The notes under the pieces are model-generated. The model was not told where the DNA came from and did not search any database. It worked only from the letters and a program-made list of their open reading frames with translations. A stretch of DNA of 64,000 bases from Camelus ferus (taxonomy: Eukaryota), in the NCBI RefSeq assembly GCF_009834535.1, contig NC_045697.1, positions 10,914,001-10,978,000 on the forward strand, in the 5' to 3' direction. A program made the translations under genes and the position numbers. This document shows positions 34,440 to 47,298 of this stretch, piece after piece; the first letter of the stretch is position 1, and the number at the start of each line of letters is the position of its first letter.

Positions 34440-34775
34440 TTTTATTTTATTTTTTTGTTTAAAAAAAATTTTTTTAAGTAACTATATATTCACAGCAATT
34501 GCAAAGATAGTATAAGGTCTCGTGTATTCTTACCTCGGTTCCCCCCAGTGGTTCTATCTTATGTAACTATAATACAGTATCAAACAAAGAAATTGACTTT
34601 GTACAGTGTGTGTGTATAAATCTGTGCCATTTTATCACATGTATAGATCTGTCGAAGCTACCACCACAATCAAGATACAGACCTATTCCATCACCACAAA
34701 GGTCTCTCTGGGGCTACCCCTTTGTAGTCACAACTCCCACGCTTACCCCCTTCATTCCTAACCTCTGGCTACTAT
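34440..34775 (-). mobile_element. L1MC/L1MD-type 3' end, adjacent to a MIR 5' half (~34310-34440)
   Basis: attcacagcaattgcaaagatagta...atcttatgtaactataatacagtatcaaac..agaaattgac...ccaccacaatcaagatacaga.ctattccatcaccacaaag. Confidence 0.8.
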
Positions 34776-35298
34776 TGATCCCTTGGAGAATGGATTTTAA
34801 AACCCCTGGCCCAATGCTTAACCAATAGCGACTGTTTTCATTATTATTTTCACTCTAGATCTCATTTAATCCTATGACAACTTTATGAGTGTGTTATCAA
34901 TATCCCCATTTTATAGATGAGGAGACCAAGGCAATGGAGGCTTGGTGAGCATGAGTGAATTGCCTGTGGCCACAAAGAGGCTGAGATAGATTTTTGAATG
35001 CAGGTCTCCAGGCCAGTGACTGATTCCACTAATTCACACAGGTAACTATGACTATTACCAAATTATATCATACAATCGGCACAAACATGCTGGATGTGTT
35101 CATTTGAATGCTGTCAACTGCCATTTTCTTTCAAGAAGGTGGTGAGACTTGCAAATTGAGTTTAAGACGTAACTCTGCCCTCTTTAGTAGTGTGCTATAC
35201 TGAGTCAAAATCCGATAAATACTTGGACATTTGCCTGGGAGCAGACATGTCACTTTTTCTCCCCAAGCTTCAATCTCTTGTCTGAAAAAGAAGACGGT

Positions 35299-35525
35299 GG
35301 GGAGGGTATAGCTCAAGTTGTGGGGAGGGTATAGCTCAAGTGGTAGAGCACATGGTAAGCTAAGCATGCTAGTGTTTAGCTTGCATGAGGTCATGGGTTC
35401 AATCCCCAGAACCTCCTCTAAAAAACTAGATAAACCTTATTACCCTCCCCTCCTCCTCCAAAATAAAATAATTAAATAATACAAAAAAAAAAAAAAAACA
35501 AAAAAACAACGGAATAGAAAAAAAA
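35299..35525 (+). mobile_element. tRNA-Ala-derived SINE (camelid Vic-1-like) with duplicated 5' head
   Basis: ggggagggtatagctcaagttgt repeated (35299-35321, then 35322 onward), B box gggttcaatcccc, poly-A tail, TSD aaaaagaagacggt 35285-35298 / aaaaagaagatggt 35526-35539 (13/14). Confidence 0.9.
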
Positions 35526-37104
35526 AAAAAGAAGATGGTTGAACTCTGAAGGGTGACCTCCTGGCTCCAACAGTCAATGGAACACAAAAGGCAGAGATGT
35601 TCCATTGGGGGAAATAAAAGCTGGTTTGGATCAGTAAAAATAAAGATGGGAAGAGGAGAACAACTGGAGTTTGACAGAAGAGGAGCCTTAAGTAGTCATG
35701 TGGGTGGGGAGGAAGAGGGGACCAGCATGGGCGGGGGAATCATGAGAGACCTGTGGTTGTCGAGGACTTTATCTAGAAGATTCTGCACAATTCTCGGAAA
35801 GCTTAAATGGTTTTTCAGTAAAGAGTGAAGTTATTTGACTCAGAAGTGTGGACAGGATACACACAAGTGTGTGTGTGTGTCTTTGTGAGAGTAGATGGGC
35901 AAAATTGATAAGAAGGAATGAGTCAGAAATTGAGCCTCTGGTCTCACTCCAACTGCTAGGAAACACATGAGTCCATTTTGGTTTGGGGATTCTAGAATAT
36001 AAATGGAATTTGGATTGCCATCCGAGGGTGGGTGTGAGAACTTGTGAGGATTTAGTACATGATTTGCGTTTATGGGATCTGATCTGAGTAGTTTAAGCTG
36101 TAAAAGCAAGATATGAGTCAGTCTCATTTTCTGTGACTCTTCCAGCTGCCCCCAGAGGGAAGAAGCAAGGGCTGAGTACATCCATTCCAATAAATAAATA
36201 AATACACATTTTGCAATGGTTGCTTTCTGCCAAAATTTAATGTACCTCCCAAGTTGGGAAAATGACTTATATTCTTTCACCATCTTGCCTGCTCCATGCT
36301 TCCTCCCCAGCCCCTCTCCTCCTTCAAGGCTGAAGGCTTCCTAGTCAGCAGAGACACGCTTCCTGCATTATCAACATGTGTACTGCTCTCTAAATAACTC
36401 CCTATTCGCGATTGTGCTAAGTATCGCCTCCGAGGCTTCAGATAGAGACAATTTGTTTGTTTGTTTGTTTGTTTGTTTGTTTAAATGTTGATGGCCTCAC
36501 AGATATTGTCGAATCCATGGGGTGCTGAGAAGGGAGGGTGAGGAAACTTCTCTGCCCGTCTGCAGAGAATTGGGGTTGGAGGCAGTGAGAAGCCCCGGAA
36601 TTGCTAAAATCGTTCCACTGGAGTGGAAGAGGAGGGTGATCCTTTGTAAACCGTCCAAACACATTTCCATAAATGTTAAGTATTTGGATGAAAACAGGAT
36701 CTTGGCTTCACTTTCTCTCCAAATGGCCAGGGAGAAGGGAACACTGGCTCATCGGATACAGAGGAGAGAAACCTGGCACGCAGCCTCCAATGAAGATTTT
36801 ACGTGTTTGAGAAACGATGTTGGGAGGACATCCCGCAGGAAGCCGTCGATCAGTGAAACGCACATTTGCTCAAATAGCACTTTCCCAGCTGAGTCCTACC
36901 CTCTCCGTTCCAGACCTTCTCGGCTGGATCCTGCTCATTTGGCTGCTCCGTAGCCTTGTTGCGGACAGTTTCTAGAGGATTTCATTTTGAAGAGTTTCAA
37001 AGTAATTCTGCTAATGCAGGAGCGACTCCTCTTTTATGGAGCAGAAAACATTTGAAATCTGTCCTTTAGCATGGTTAAGAGCATCCGAGAAAAAACCGGC
37101 GTCT

Positions 37105-37340
37105 GTAATAGCTAAGTTAGTCTTTGCCAGACCCATTCTGAGAACTGGAAAAATGTTAACTCATTTAATCCTCACAACAAACAGTCCTTTGAGGATTGTG
37201 AATTTATTTTCTCCGTCTTTACAGATGACAAAATGATAAGCAATTTGCCCAAGGTCACATAACTGATACGTGATGGAGCCAGTGTTTCCTTCCAATCTGT
37301 CTGAACTCCAGAGCCCACACTTTTAAGCCCACTGCTATAT
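37105..37340 (-). mobile_element. MIR SINE
   Basis: aactcatttaatcctcacaacaa...tttacagatgacaaa...taagcaatttgcccaaggtcacata...tgtctgaactccagagcccacacttttaa. Confidence 0.85.
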
Positions 37341-37419
37341 GACGAATATTACCTACTCCTCAGGGTTCTTCTGAGGATGGAATGGAATGGCTGGTAAGGG
37401 TAAGCTATAACCATTTAAT

Positions 37420-37556
37420 ACAGCTATAGTCAATATCTTGTAGAAACCTATAATGGAGAAGAATCTGAAAAAAAAGTATGTATAACTGAATCAGTTTGCT
37501 GAATACCTGAAACTAACACAATATTGTAAATCAACAACACTTCAGTTACAAAAATC
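37420..37556 (+). mobile_element. Short L1 3' end (cetartiodactyl type)
   Basis: caatatcttgtagaaacctataatggagaagaatctgaaaaa...gtataactgaatca.tttgctg..tacctgaaactaacacaatattgtaaatcaac. Confidence 0.85.
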
Positions 37557-37699
37557 AAACATAGGAGAATTTCAAGTATTTGAGTGGGGCTTCTGTCAGT
37601 GCTTCTGATTAAAAAGTCACACTGCCAAAACTTGTGTTCTTTCCTTCCTTCCTTCCCCCCTTCCTTTCTTCCTTTTTCCCTTCTTTCCTTCCACATCGT

Positions 37700-37915
37700 A
37701 AAATGCTTCTCAGCGGGATCAAGTATGCAGTCACCTGTGGCAGCCCACGGAAGATGGCACATGGAAGGCAGGCAGGTGGGAGGATGGTGCTCTCTCCTTT
37801 CCTATTTCACTTCCTCTTCCCTCATTTCTACTCCCTGAGCTCACACTTCCAAATAAACTTCTCCCACATAAGCCATTGTCTCAGACTCTGCTTTCAGGAG
37901 AACCCAGGCTGAGAT
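37700..37915 (+). mobile_element. ERVL LTR16/33-like 3' end
   Basis: cacttccaaataaacttctc.cacataagccattgtctcagactctgctttc.ggagaacccaggctgaga. Confidence 0.6.
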
Positions 37916-38889
37916 TCTCTTTCCCTCCCATCTTCCCTTCCTGATTCTTACCTTCTTTTCAGAGTGATACTGATTTATTTTCATGGATAAAGGAATATTT
38001 TCATTTTATTGGAGTCATCTAGTTGGAAGCCCAAGTTCGAATGCAGCAGATGTGGAGCGGGCACCCTGCTGGTGTTGCTTACTTTTGAATCCCAGAGCCC
38101 AATGGTCTGACACATGACTAGTGATCAATAAATGTTTATTTCCTTTTTTCAAAAGTGTGGGTTAACCCACATTGCCTAATCTTCCAGAAGGCTAAAGTGT
38201 AAAGTATATTTTTACATTAACAAAGTTCAAAAGTTATGTTTCCTTTTTTCTCTATTAATTTACATTTGCTGCTTTCCGGGTCTTACTTCACATGTGGAAT
38301 TTCAATAGTTCAAGAAGACAGAAAATGGGGGAAGCATTTTATTATATATCAGTTTTGGCATGCCAGAACCTTTTTTTCCCCTTTCCTCTCAAATTACAAT
38401 TTTGAGGATCACTGGTCCACTGATATTTCTGTCTCTTTAAATTCTTAATCCAGACCAGCAACTTAGAATGAACGTTTTTTGGGGAGAGACTGTTAGCTGG
38501 TGGACTAGCAGATGGTAAGTCATAAGCAGTTTGGCTGGCAAGGTTCTGACAAACATGTGCTGCAAAATAGAATCATCCCACGAGAAGATTAAGAGTGATA
38601 AATGAAAATAAAGGATGGAGATTTGAATAGGAAAAAAAAAGGCAACTCACTGGAGAATTAAAGACTAAAAATCTAGAATAAAAGGGTTTTGTGTTTCATA
38701 TTATAGAAGTAGTTAGTAGTCTTATTTGTGAGTTGACTGATTTCTCATTTGTTGAGTACCTGCTACTTGATAGGTACTCCACCAAGGGCGCCTGTGAATA
38801 TTACATCAGTTAATTTAATTGAGAGTTGTAGTCTTTGAAATTCTTAGGTGTACAAACATGTTGTCTTTCTTATTTCTAAAATAACCAAG

Positions 38890-39420
38890 CAGTGATTGTA
38901 AGGCATGTCCATCAACCTTTTAAACTGCCTTTTTATGTTTGAGGACTTTCCTACAGTATAGGTTCTCTTCTCCCCAAGATCAAGCCAAAAATTCACCTTC
39001 TCAGCTTTCCTTGCTGGAATGTGACTGAGGATCTGGATCAGATACAACTGTGTGAGATTCCAGTTCAGAAGCCAGCCAAGTGAAGATGCAGAGGCTGGGC
39101 AGGGTCTGTCCTGGTGAGACCAGTGACAGGAGTGTGCTGTGTGCAGAGGTGTCAGATGTAGCAGTTTTAATGGTGCCATCCAGCCCCAGAGATGTCATCA
39201 CGGTATCTGAGCCCAGAAGTGGTGGCACTAGTGTCACCAGGACAGCAGCCCTTTGCTATAATGTGGAAGTTATTACTGGATAGGTAGTAGCCTCCAAGTG
39301 CTATTCTCTGGACCTTTTCCAAATTCCTAGAGCTTTTCTGATTAAACCAGTTAGAATAATACTATAACTGATTCAATATCATGCTCATATTTCTAATTTC
39401 ATGATGGTGGTCTGAGAAAA
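38890..39420 (+). mobile_element. LTR33-like ERVL LTR (degraded)
   Basis: tgtttgaggactttcctacagtat, attcaccttctcagctttccttgc...atgtgactgagg...atcagatacaact. Confidence 0.5.
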
Positions 39421-39469
39421 CCCTTCATGGACCAGAAGCTGTGGAAAATTTTTAGTAGAAGAGATAAGA

Positions 39470-39929
39470 TGTGTCAGTCAGCTATTGCTGTATAACAAAC
39501 CATCACAAAAACATCAATGACATACAGTAATAAACATTTACTTCTCACTCATGAGCCTGAGAGGAATCAGCTGGATAGTATTTTTTCAAGTGATGGGATG
39601 GGAGTTGGCTGGCATATAGCTGATCTAAGCTGGATTCAGTTTTTCTTGGCTGTGGGACACAGGTTTAATTTAGATCTTTCCTCCCATTTTCTCATTTTTC
39701 TGGGACCAGCAGGTATTCAGAGCATGTGTTTCTCATGGGGAAGGCAAAAATTTCAGCAAGCAAGATTAACCATGCAAGCAAGTCACTACTGGTATTAGGT
39801 TTGATGACATCTCATTGGCCAGGGAGAGTCACATGGCCAAGCCTAACATCAAAGGTTTGAGGGTGTGTATTCATACCATGGAGGCTGGGCATAAGGAAGT
39901 GAATTTTTGCTGAACAAGATGTAATACCA
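39470..39929 (-). mobile_element. MLT1H/I-like LTR
   Basis: tgtgtcagtcagctattgctgtataacaaacca.cacaaaa...cagtaataaacatttacttctcactcatgag...cattggcca...agtcacatggccaagcctaacatcaa. Confidence 0.8.
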
Positions 39930-40029
39930 AAGGACATCATAGCTGTTAATGAAGGTTGATACCCAGCCCAGTTCACATAAGGGAGAGCTGAGTACTCAGT
40001 AAATATCTGAGCAGGGCCTAGATTATGAA

Positions 40030-40330
40030 GTAGACCACAAACCTGAAAATTGTAACAGTATTTAGATGAGGAAATAGAGTAAATCATCCAGAATAGGCAG
40101 AATAAAACTTTTAAAGCACATTCAATATTATTTGAAAGGTAAGGGAGAAGAATGCAATAATAAATCTAAAATGGATATCACATGGAAAGACCAAGCAGGT
40201 AACAGACATCACCAGAGATTTTAAAAATAAAAAAAATACATAACTGTTAGAATAGAAAACTCAATAAATGCACTCAACTGACGGACGGATACAGCAGAAT
40301 AATGAATTGGTGAGTTTGAGTATAGTTTTT
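40030..40330 (+). mobile_element. Old L1 ORF1-region fragment
   Basis: A-rich; aaaactcaataaatg.actcaac...ggatacagcagaa.aatgaattggtgagtttga. Confidence 0.5.
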
Positions 40331-40469
40331 GCACAGAGTTAAGTTAATGTTGGATGAATGCATGCCTGAGGTGATCACAGGAGACCCTGATTAGATCATG
40401 TAGCCTAAAATTTCCAGGTGTTTGACATTTGTCAGAGTTCCAGTGTGACCAAATTTACTTAGTTATATA

Positions 40470-41165
40470 TAAATATCTCAGATCTGTTCTACACCCTCAC
40501 TTCTTAGTGCAAACCACCATTGTCTTTGACCAAGACTCCTACCATCACTTGTTTCCTGGTCTCCCCTCATCTACTCCTGCCCTGTCCTTATCTACGTAAA
40601 GCATACATCACTCTTTTTTTTAGAGTCCTTCAGTGGCTTCTTCTTGCACTCAGGATTAAGTCCCATATCAGGGACATTGTCTACAGGACTTTGTATGGAC
40701 CCCCAGCCTCCTCTCTCACCACACTCCACATTGCTTGTTGCATGTCAATTACACTAGACTCTTCTTCCTTCCTCAGATCAATCAAAATTGTTCTAGACTT
40801 GGAAACTGCATAAGCTGCTCCTTCTGTTCAGTACACTCACGTCACTGCCATTCAATTTGCTTGGTAATTTCTTCCTTTCTCTCGAGGAATCAGTTTAACC
40901 TCATCTTAAATATGTTGGCTTAAACAGCATGCCCCAGCCTCCCCAGGCTAGACCAGCTTTCCTCCTTACATTCTCTTACGGTATCTGTTGCCTCTGCTTT
41001 GTGCTACTTAATCACAATCATAATTACATATTATGTGCTATGTTTTGTTAAATGTCTGTTTCTTTAATGTGACTACAGGATATTTAAAGGTTGGAATTGT
41101 GATATTTTTGTTCAGGGCTTTCACATGAACTCCCAACCCAGTATTGAGCAAGAAATATGAAGGAA
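40470..41165 (+). mobile_element. L2 LINE 3' portion
   Basis: cttcagtggcttcttcttgcactcaggattaagtcc...acttaatcacaat...aatgtctgtttc. Confidence 0.65.
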
Positions 41166-41689
41166 TGCAAGTTTAAGTAACAGGTATACAAGGGTTTACC
41201 CAACTGAATTGCGAACATATACCACTGGACTTTGTGAAATCAACTTTTGTGATCAATTGAGTAAATCCTACATAACCCTAAAAGGAAGAGCTGGTTCTAG
41301 TATTTGGCTTACCAAGAATAGGAAAATTAGGTTGTCTGTGACTTTAAGATTGGTTGTTAGTGATCAGTGTGTATCATATTAATGTTGATCTTTTCCAGTG
41401 ACTTAAATGGACACTTCAGTGGTGTCACATACTCTCCAGGAAATACTCTTTCTTCACACTAATTATACCTTTATCATCCCTCTCTTCACAGCTTTCAACA
41501 AAATTTGGAGTATCACCAGGGATATGGTAGCAGATCTTTTTAGTTGCCTACTGAACATTCTATCCTCTTTCTTATTAATAGGATCCCAACTTTGTTCAGG
41601 TCTTTTAATTGCAGAATCAAAGACCTTATAAAAGGCAGCTCAAGCCCCAGTCCTAGGGTGTCTTGATTAGTCTTAACCAACTATGATAA

Positions 41690-44250
41690 TTAATTATGGA
41701 TGCATTTTTGCTAAAGAAAATTGAAAAATCTAGAAAAGTAGAAATCATGCTGATGTTTCACTGTGCAAATGCAAACACTCTGAATATTTTGTTGAAATTC
41801 CTTCCCCGTCTTTTTTCTGTGCATCAGTGGATTGTTTCCATTCATAGCATTCATAATTTTATATACTTTGTATCTTGTCTGTTTACTTATATTATAACCC
41901 TTTTTCTAAATAATTACATTGTTTTAATTTATTTTTAGTATCTGCATATTCCACTGAGAAGTAGTTTCTTAACTAACACAAAGGTGTAATGATTTGTATC
42001 AGTTCCTTAGGGTTGCAGTAACAAATTACCACAAACTGGGTGGCTTAAAACAAGAGAAATGCATGGTCTCACAGTTCTGGAGGCTCAAAGTCCAAAACCA
42101 AGGTGTCAGTTCTCTCTGAATGCTCTCAGGGAGAATCTGTTCCATGACTCTCTCCTGGCTTCTGGTTATGCCAGTGATACTTGGCATTCCTTGGCTTGTA
42201 GATGCGTTACTCCAATCTCTGCCTCTGTCTTCATGTGGGCTTCTGGTGTGTCTGTATCTCCTCTTCTCATAGGGATACGAGTCATATTGGATTAGGGCCC
42301 ACTCTAATTCATTTTTAACTCTTCTTAACTTGATTGCATCTGCAAAGACCCTACTTTAAAACAGAGTACCATTCGCAGGTGTCAGAGGTACTCGAACATA
42401 CTGTTTTGGGGAGATAGAATTCAGCCCCATTATACCATTCTTCTGAGGTCAAAGAGCTGTTACTACTTTTCACTATTATATATACAAAAGCATTTAAGAT
42501 CTTCATTCATAGCGTGTTTTCCACATCCAGAATTATTTACTTAAGCTAGACGCTCAGAAGTGGAATTCCTCAGTCAAAGTATGCAAATGAACATTTAAAA
42601 TTCTACAAATTGCTATGTTCCTTTTCCGAACTATCATTTAAATTGCCACACATAATTTATGAGGGTGTTTGTTTTAACCTCACTCTTGCCATTATATGGT
42701 TTTGAAAATAATTATTTTAAGGACGTATATAAAATGACTGATCAGCAAAAAATAGTATCTTATTATGTGCATTGAGGTTTGACATCTTCTTATATTTTAT
42801 TTGCTATTTACCTTTCCCTTTTCGTGAATTTTCTCTTTCTTTCCTTCACTAACTTACCTATGGGAGTCTTCATGCTTTTCTTACCTGTTTTTCACATTTG
42901 TTGAATAATTTTTCGTAGTCATATCATCATATTTTTGGTTTTACCCCACAACATTTTTCATTGAAACATATTTGTCTACAAGAGTGATTTTCAAAATGTA
43001 AACACCAGGTATAATGCAAGCACAAATCCATCAGGTTGAATGCTGCCTGTGTACTGTACCAGGGTTTGTCTGTTCATCTTTCCTGTGGAATTATTTCATC
43101 ACTCCTGAGAATAGAAAACTTTCTCCCTCCAAAACAAGGGAATTAAACTGAATCCTCTTTTAATTTGTATTTATATGTGTTATATTCTCTAATTACTCAG
43201 AAATATCTTTTGGTATGGGGAATGATGTAATAATTTACAGAGACTGTGTTCCAAAGTGTTAGCTGATTGGCTCCGATCTGTTTATTAAAAAATCCTAGCC
43301 TTTCTGGTAATTGACTTGTGATGAAGTACCTGTCATATAGTACAATATGATACATAATAGAATTACTTTTCTGAGTTTTTGTCCTTAATGCTGCTTTTAC
43401 ACCAGTGTCACATTATTTAAATTTTCATAGCTTTATAAAATACAGTGTACATCCCGTTTAAAAATTTCCTGACTATCCTGTTTATTTTTATAGGTTAACT
43501 TTAGAATCATTTTGTCAAAGTTGGGATTTTTATTAAAATTGTAGCAAGCCACTCAGCATCACCACGTGGACTGCCTCTCTCCTTATATGCGAGGTTTCTC
43601 TTACATCTCTCCTTCAAGTCTTGTAGCTTTCTTTATATAGGTCACACAGTTTCTATCAGAATTATTTATGATGTATCATTTTTGTTGCTACAGGAAATAG
43701 GATTTAAAAAATTATTTTATACATTATTTTTGGTAATCTTTATTAGCTTATTATGGATTCAAACTCCTAACTTTTATTAAATTTTGATAGTTTCTACCAC
43801 ATTCCTTTGGCTTTTCTAGATATATAAGTACATGAGCTGTAAAGAAAAATTTTTCTTTCTTTTCAATATTTATCTTTGTTTTAAATTTTTTCCTTTGGTC
43901 AGAATTTCTCAAATGTACAAATATAATGATAAGAAGCTTGCTTTTTTTGGTTCTTGATTTTGATATTTTACCTTTAAGTGACTATCAAGTATTACTGTGA
44001 AATATATATATATATTTTCATGGTAAGTAGCTTTTCTTTATATTACTACATGAATTTTTAAAATAGAAATTGGTCACAAATTTTATAAAATGCCTTTACA
44101 CCATTTTTTTAAATGATAAACTTTGTTTCCTTTGACCTAATGCTGTTAACATACAGTAATAATAGCTTATTATTTACAAACTATTATTGAAATCCTATGT
44201 TATATCATGTACAGTCCTGGTGGACTTAAAAAAATAGAGTTGAATTATGC
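41690..44250 (-). mobile_element. Old degraded L1ME, antisense
   Basis: Very T-rich 2.5 kb with L1 antisense blocks: cagaagtggaatt.ct.agtcaaag, aactttagaatcattttgtcaa, gttgggatttttattaaaattg, ttgg.ttttctagatatataa. Confidence 0.7.
41995..42434 (-). mobile_element. MLT1C-like LTR inserted in the L1ME
   Basis: tgtatcagtt.cttagggttgc.gtaacaaattaccacaaactgggtggcttaaaacaa...ctcacagttctggaggc...ttggattagggcccactcta. Confidence 0.9.
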
Positions 44251-44519
44251 TTAATATTTCTTTTTATTAATTATTAACAGTGGGTCTGTTTATCATTAAT
44301 TACTAATAGAACAGCAGCAACTGTTTATTTTTTGTCACATAGACCTTACCTTATATAAAAGAAAGAATTTTATGACTCAGTCTGGTAAAAAGAACTTGGG
44401 GGCTTCTCCAAGGTGAAGATGTTATTCTCTTATTTATTTATCAGTTTGGGCACTCATTTATCCATTTGTCGTAAATCTATAAATATTTTCTGAGCAGTTC
44501 CAGGGCTGGGCAGGAGTAG

Positions 44520-44745
44520 AATTTCCAAGCTCAGTCTCTGCTGCCAGGAAGACTCGAATTCACATCCTGGCTGTAATTTACTAGGATGTGAACTTGGGTA
44601 AGTTACCTAGCTCTGAGAAGCCTCAAGTTTCCTCATTTGCAAAACAGGCATAATAAATAGCACCTAGTTGAGGGTACTTATGAAAATAGTGCTTGTAAAG
44701 CTTTTAACAGTGTCTGCACATGCAATCCTCAGTACACGTTCTTAG
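44520..44745 (+). mobile_element. MIR SINE
   Basis: atgtgaacttgggtaagttacct...cctcaagtttcctcatttgcaaaacaggcataataa. Confidence 0.75.
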
Positions 44746-45486
44746 GATGCTCTCATTACATCCTGGAGACAAAGATGAGGGGGTCTGGGCTCCAAGCTGG
44801 GCGGCAGAGGTTATGTGCTAACTGCTGATCACCTGGGCCTTCCCTGGCCTCCACTTTGCCAATTCGCATAATTAGAGTCTTTTTCGCTTCCTGTTCCTCA
44901 AATCTGTACATACACTCGCCATCGCCCACCCTTCTTATCCCCTATGTCAAGTTTGCTGGTTAAGAACTAGACCATTTTGAAGATTATCAGAGAAATCTAA
45001 GCCTGAGGGCCAGGTCACCTGCACCGTGATACCTGGTGATGTCTTGGTCCAGGTAGTTGACATGACTATACTTCCTTTCTGTTAAATGTAATGGCAGGGC
45101 AGTACCCTGAACACTTACTTCCAAGTGAAAGCTCTCACCTGGCTTTTTCAAGCATGTCAGTAGCCTCAGCTTCAGAAAAGACTCAGAATGCTCAGACGGC
45201 TGCACTTTCTCCAAAGCTGTCCTGATGTCCCCTTGCACAAGCTGAGTTTCAGGGGTCTTGGCCTTGACTGCCTTTAAACAAGTGCCCTCTGCATTGACCA
45301 TGCTCCATCAGTACCGCCAAGGTTGGCTGGCTGTTATTTTCCTGGTGATTGAGATGATTTATCGCATTTTGCAAAAAGTGACTTATTGTTCTGACCTCCC
45401 CACCTTCGGAGAAGCTTAGCTAAGTTGTCTCATGTCCTTGCCCTCTGCTCCAACCTTTTATAATAAGTCCCATTTCAGAAAGGCCG

Positions 45487-45506
45487 CCCTCCCCCCTCCC
45501 CTCCCC
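45487..45506 (-). other. Predicted G-quadruplex motif (G4-A-G4-A-G6-A-G3 on the - strand)
   Basis: + strand ccc t cccccc t cccc t cccc, four runs with 1-nt loops. Confidence 0.6.
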
Positions 45507-45759
45507 GTGGGTGATCTGGATCTCTCAAGGCACTGAATGGTATCAGCCTGGGAAACAAGATGTTTGTTTCACGTATTGTGTCAGCTGGGATGTCACCAAG
45601 CAATGCATCTATTTATAATCTCTCAGTGCTCCTATTGGCAAATGGTGCTGAGAAGAAGCTGGGGGGATTTCAAAGGCTGGGGGGTGTTCCTCACCCCAGG
45701 TCTTCCTCCATCTCGCCCCCTCCTTCCCCTTTCTCCATGGGCTGTGCTGGGTGCCCCCA

Positions 45760-46200
45760 AGATTCCTAAGGCCAGTTAGCAGGTTAGAAACTGTCAAAGT
45801 AGATTGCCCTCACAATCACAGCATTTACTGTCACCATAACTTCTCATAATATGGAAGCTTTTACTGGCCCTCTCTGCGGCTTTGTTCAAAGCTTGCCGGC
45901 GACAAGGTCATTTATATATTGCAATCAGAATTCTTGAGCTGAATCATTTTTTAATTATGGCTTAGGTAGTGGGAGTTGTGCAGGTTGAGAAAGGAGGCCA
46001 GCTGGGACTTAGCATCTCTTTGATCACAAGGCTGAATGATTTGCTTTGATCACAGAGACAACAGTTCATAAAAGAGCCTGGTCTCTTCTTGATATTTGCA
46101 GGTAAACAGAAGGATCATTTGAAATGATTATACAATGAGCAATTCAGACCCCAGACAATGATCTCCTTTGAACCGGATTTAGGGGCTATTGATTAACATA
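45760..46200. promoter_or_regulatory. Candidate enhancer with TCF/LEF and SOX cluster
   Basis: TTCAAAG 45885-45891, CTTTGAT 46018-46024 and 46044-46050, CTTTGAA 46166-46172, two ACAATG sites, CAAGGTCA ~45903-45910, TAATTA; no repeat recognised. Confidence 0.45.
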
Positions 46201-46404
46201 GCACAGGGGACTGGGTGGATGAAAAAAGGTGGCTTTAGTCCCCAGGGAAGGTGCATCCAGAGGTCACTGGCTCAGTCCTCTGGGGTTAGACTTCCAGATC
46301 CTATGTGGACCCTTCTGTAAGGTAAATGGTGTTCAGACAAATAGGAATAGAAATAAAGAATGCTGGGAACCTGGAAAAAAGAAGAACTCCTCAAAAAGAA
46401 GGTG

Positions 46405-46620
46405 CTAATGGTAGAAAGCTTGCAGGCTTTGGAGTCAGGAGAGCCTGAGATAAAATTCTTGCCCCTCCATTTATTATATGAAGTTCTGGGGGCTAGTTGA
46501 TTAAATCTTTCTACATCTAAGTATTTTCATCTGTACAAAGGGGACATAAATACTTCAATGGCTCTTTTCAGGGTTTAATTGTGTGGCTTTTGAGAAAGGA
46601 GACATGCTAGGTGCCAGACA
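46405..46620 (+). mobile_element. MIR SINE
   Basis: aatggtagaaagc...ggctttggagtcag...ttttcatctgtacaaagggga. Confidence 0.6.
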
Positions 46621-46965
46621 TTTGGGGAAAAAAGAAAATGCTTAGGTGTCCTAAGAAGGACTGGAAATCCTCCGGCTGTCCCCCTACACTACCCGGAGGG
46701 AGCTCTGTGATGTTTTCACAGCATGAAACTGTCACCATAATAGAATACTTGATTGTCCCGAAGAAATTGTTTTAAAGTGATATTTTGAATTGTATTCCGA
46801 TAGGACTTGTTTGAACATTCATATGCAAGAATCCCATTGGTTTCAATTAAAGTGCTTGAGCCTTTGGTAGGTCCTAGGGGGTACTGCCACACAATGGAAC
46901 CATCTAATTATTGATGGTCAGTTTTAGAAATATTGGCTGAGCAGGGATGATGCAGTGTTTGAAGT

Positions 46966-47212
46966 AGGGAGGAAAGGGGGTGGGAAGGGGTAAATTGAGA
47001 GTTTGAGATTTGCAGATACTAACTGTACAAAATAGATAAACAACAGGTTGCTACTGCAGAGCACAGGGAACCATATTCAATATCTTATAGTAACCTATAA
47101 TGAAAAGGAATACATGTATGTATATATATGACTGAAACATGATGCCGTACACCAGAAACTGAAACAACACTGTACACTGACTACACTTCAATTAAAAAAA
47201 CAAATAAATAAC
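46966..47212 (+). mobile_element. 5'-truncated camelid/cetartiodactyl-type L1 3' end
   Basis: aaattgagagtttgagatttgcagatactaact...aaatagataaacaaca...gcacagggaaccatattcaatatctt.tagtaacctataatgaaaa...ctacacttcaattaaaaaaa. Confidence 0.9.
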
Positions 47213-47298
47213 TTCTGTTGGTCGTGACTCTGGAGTGTGTGACTTGGTTAGTCCCCCTGGCATGACCTCTTATCCCTGACTGCAACATACGAGTAAGC

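Noticed and set aside
35840..36283. 147-aa ORF and the other 60-150 aa ORFs
   Set aside because: It runs through a microsatellite (THTHL); no protein family recognised in any; number and length are as expected by chance in 64 kb
46082..46107. Second AG|GT recursive-site-like motif (ttgcAG|GTAAAC)
   Set aside because: Short interrupted pyrimidine tract and weaker donor than the site at 33654
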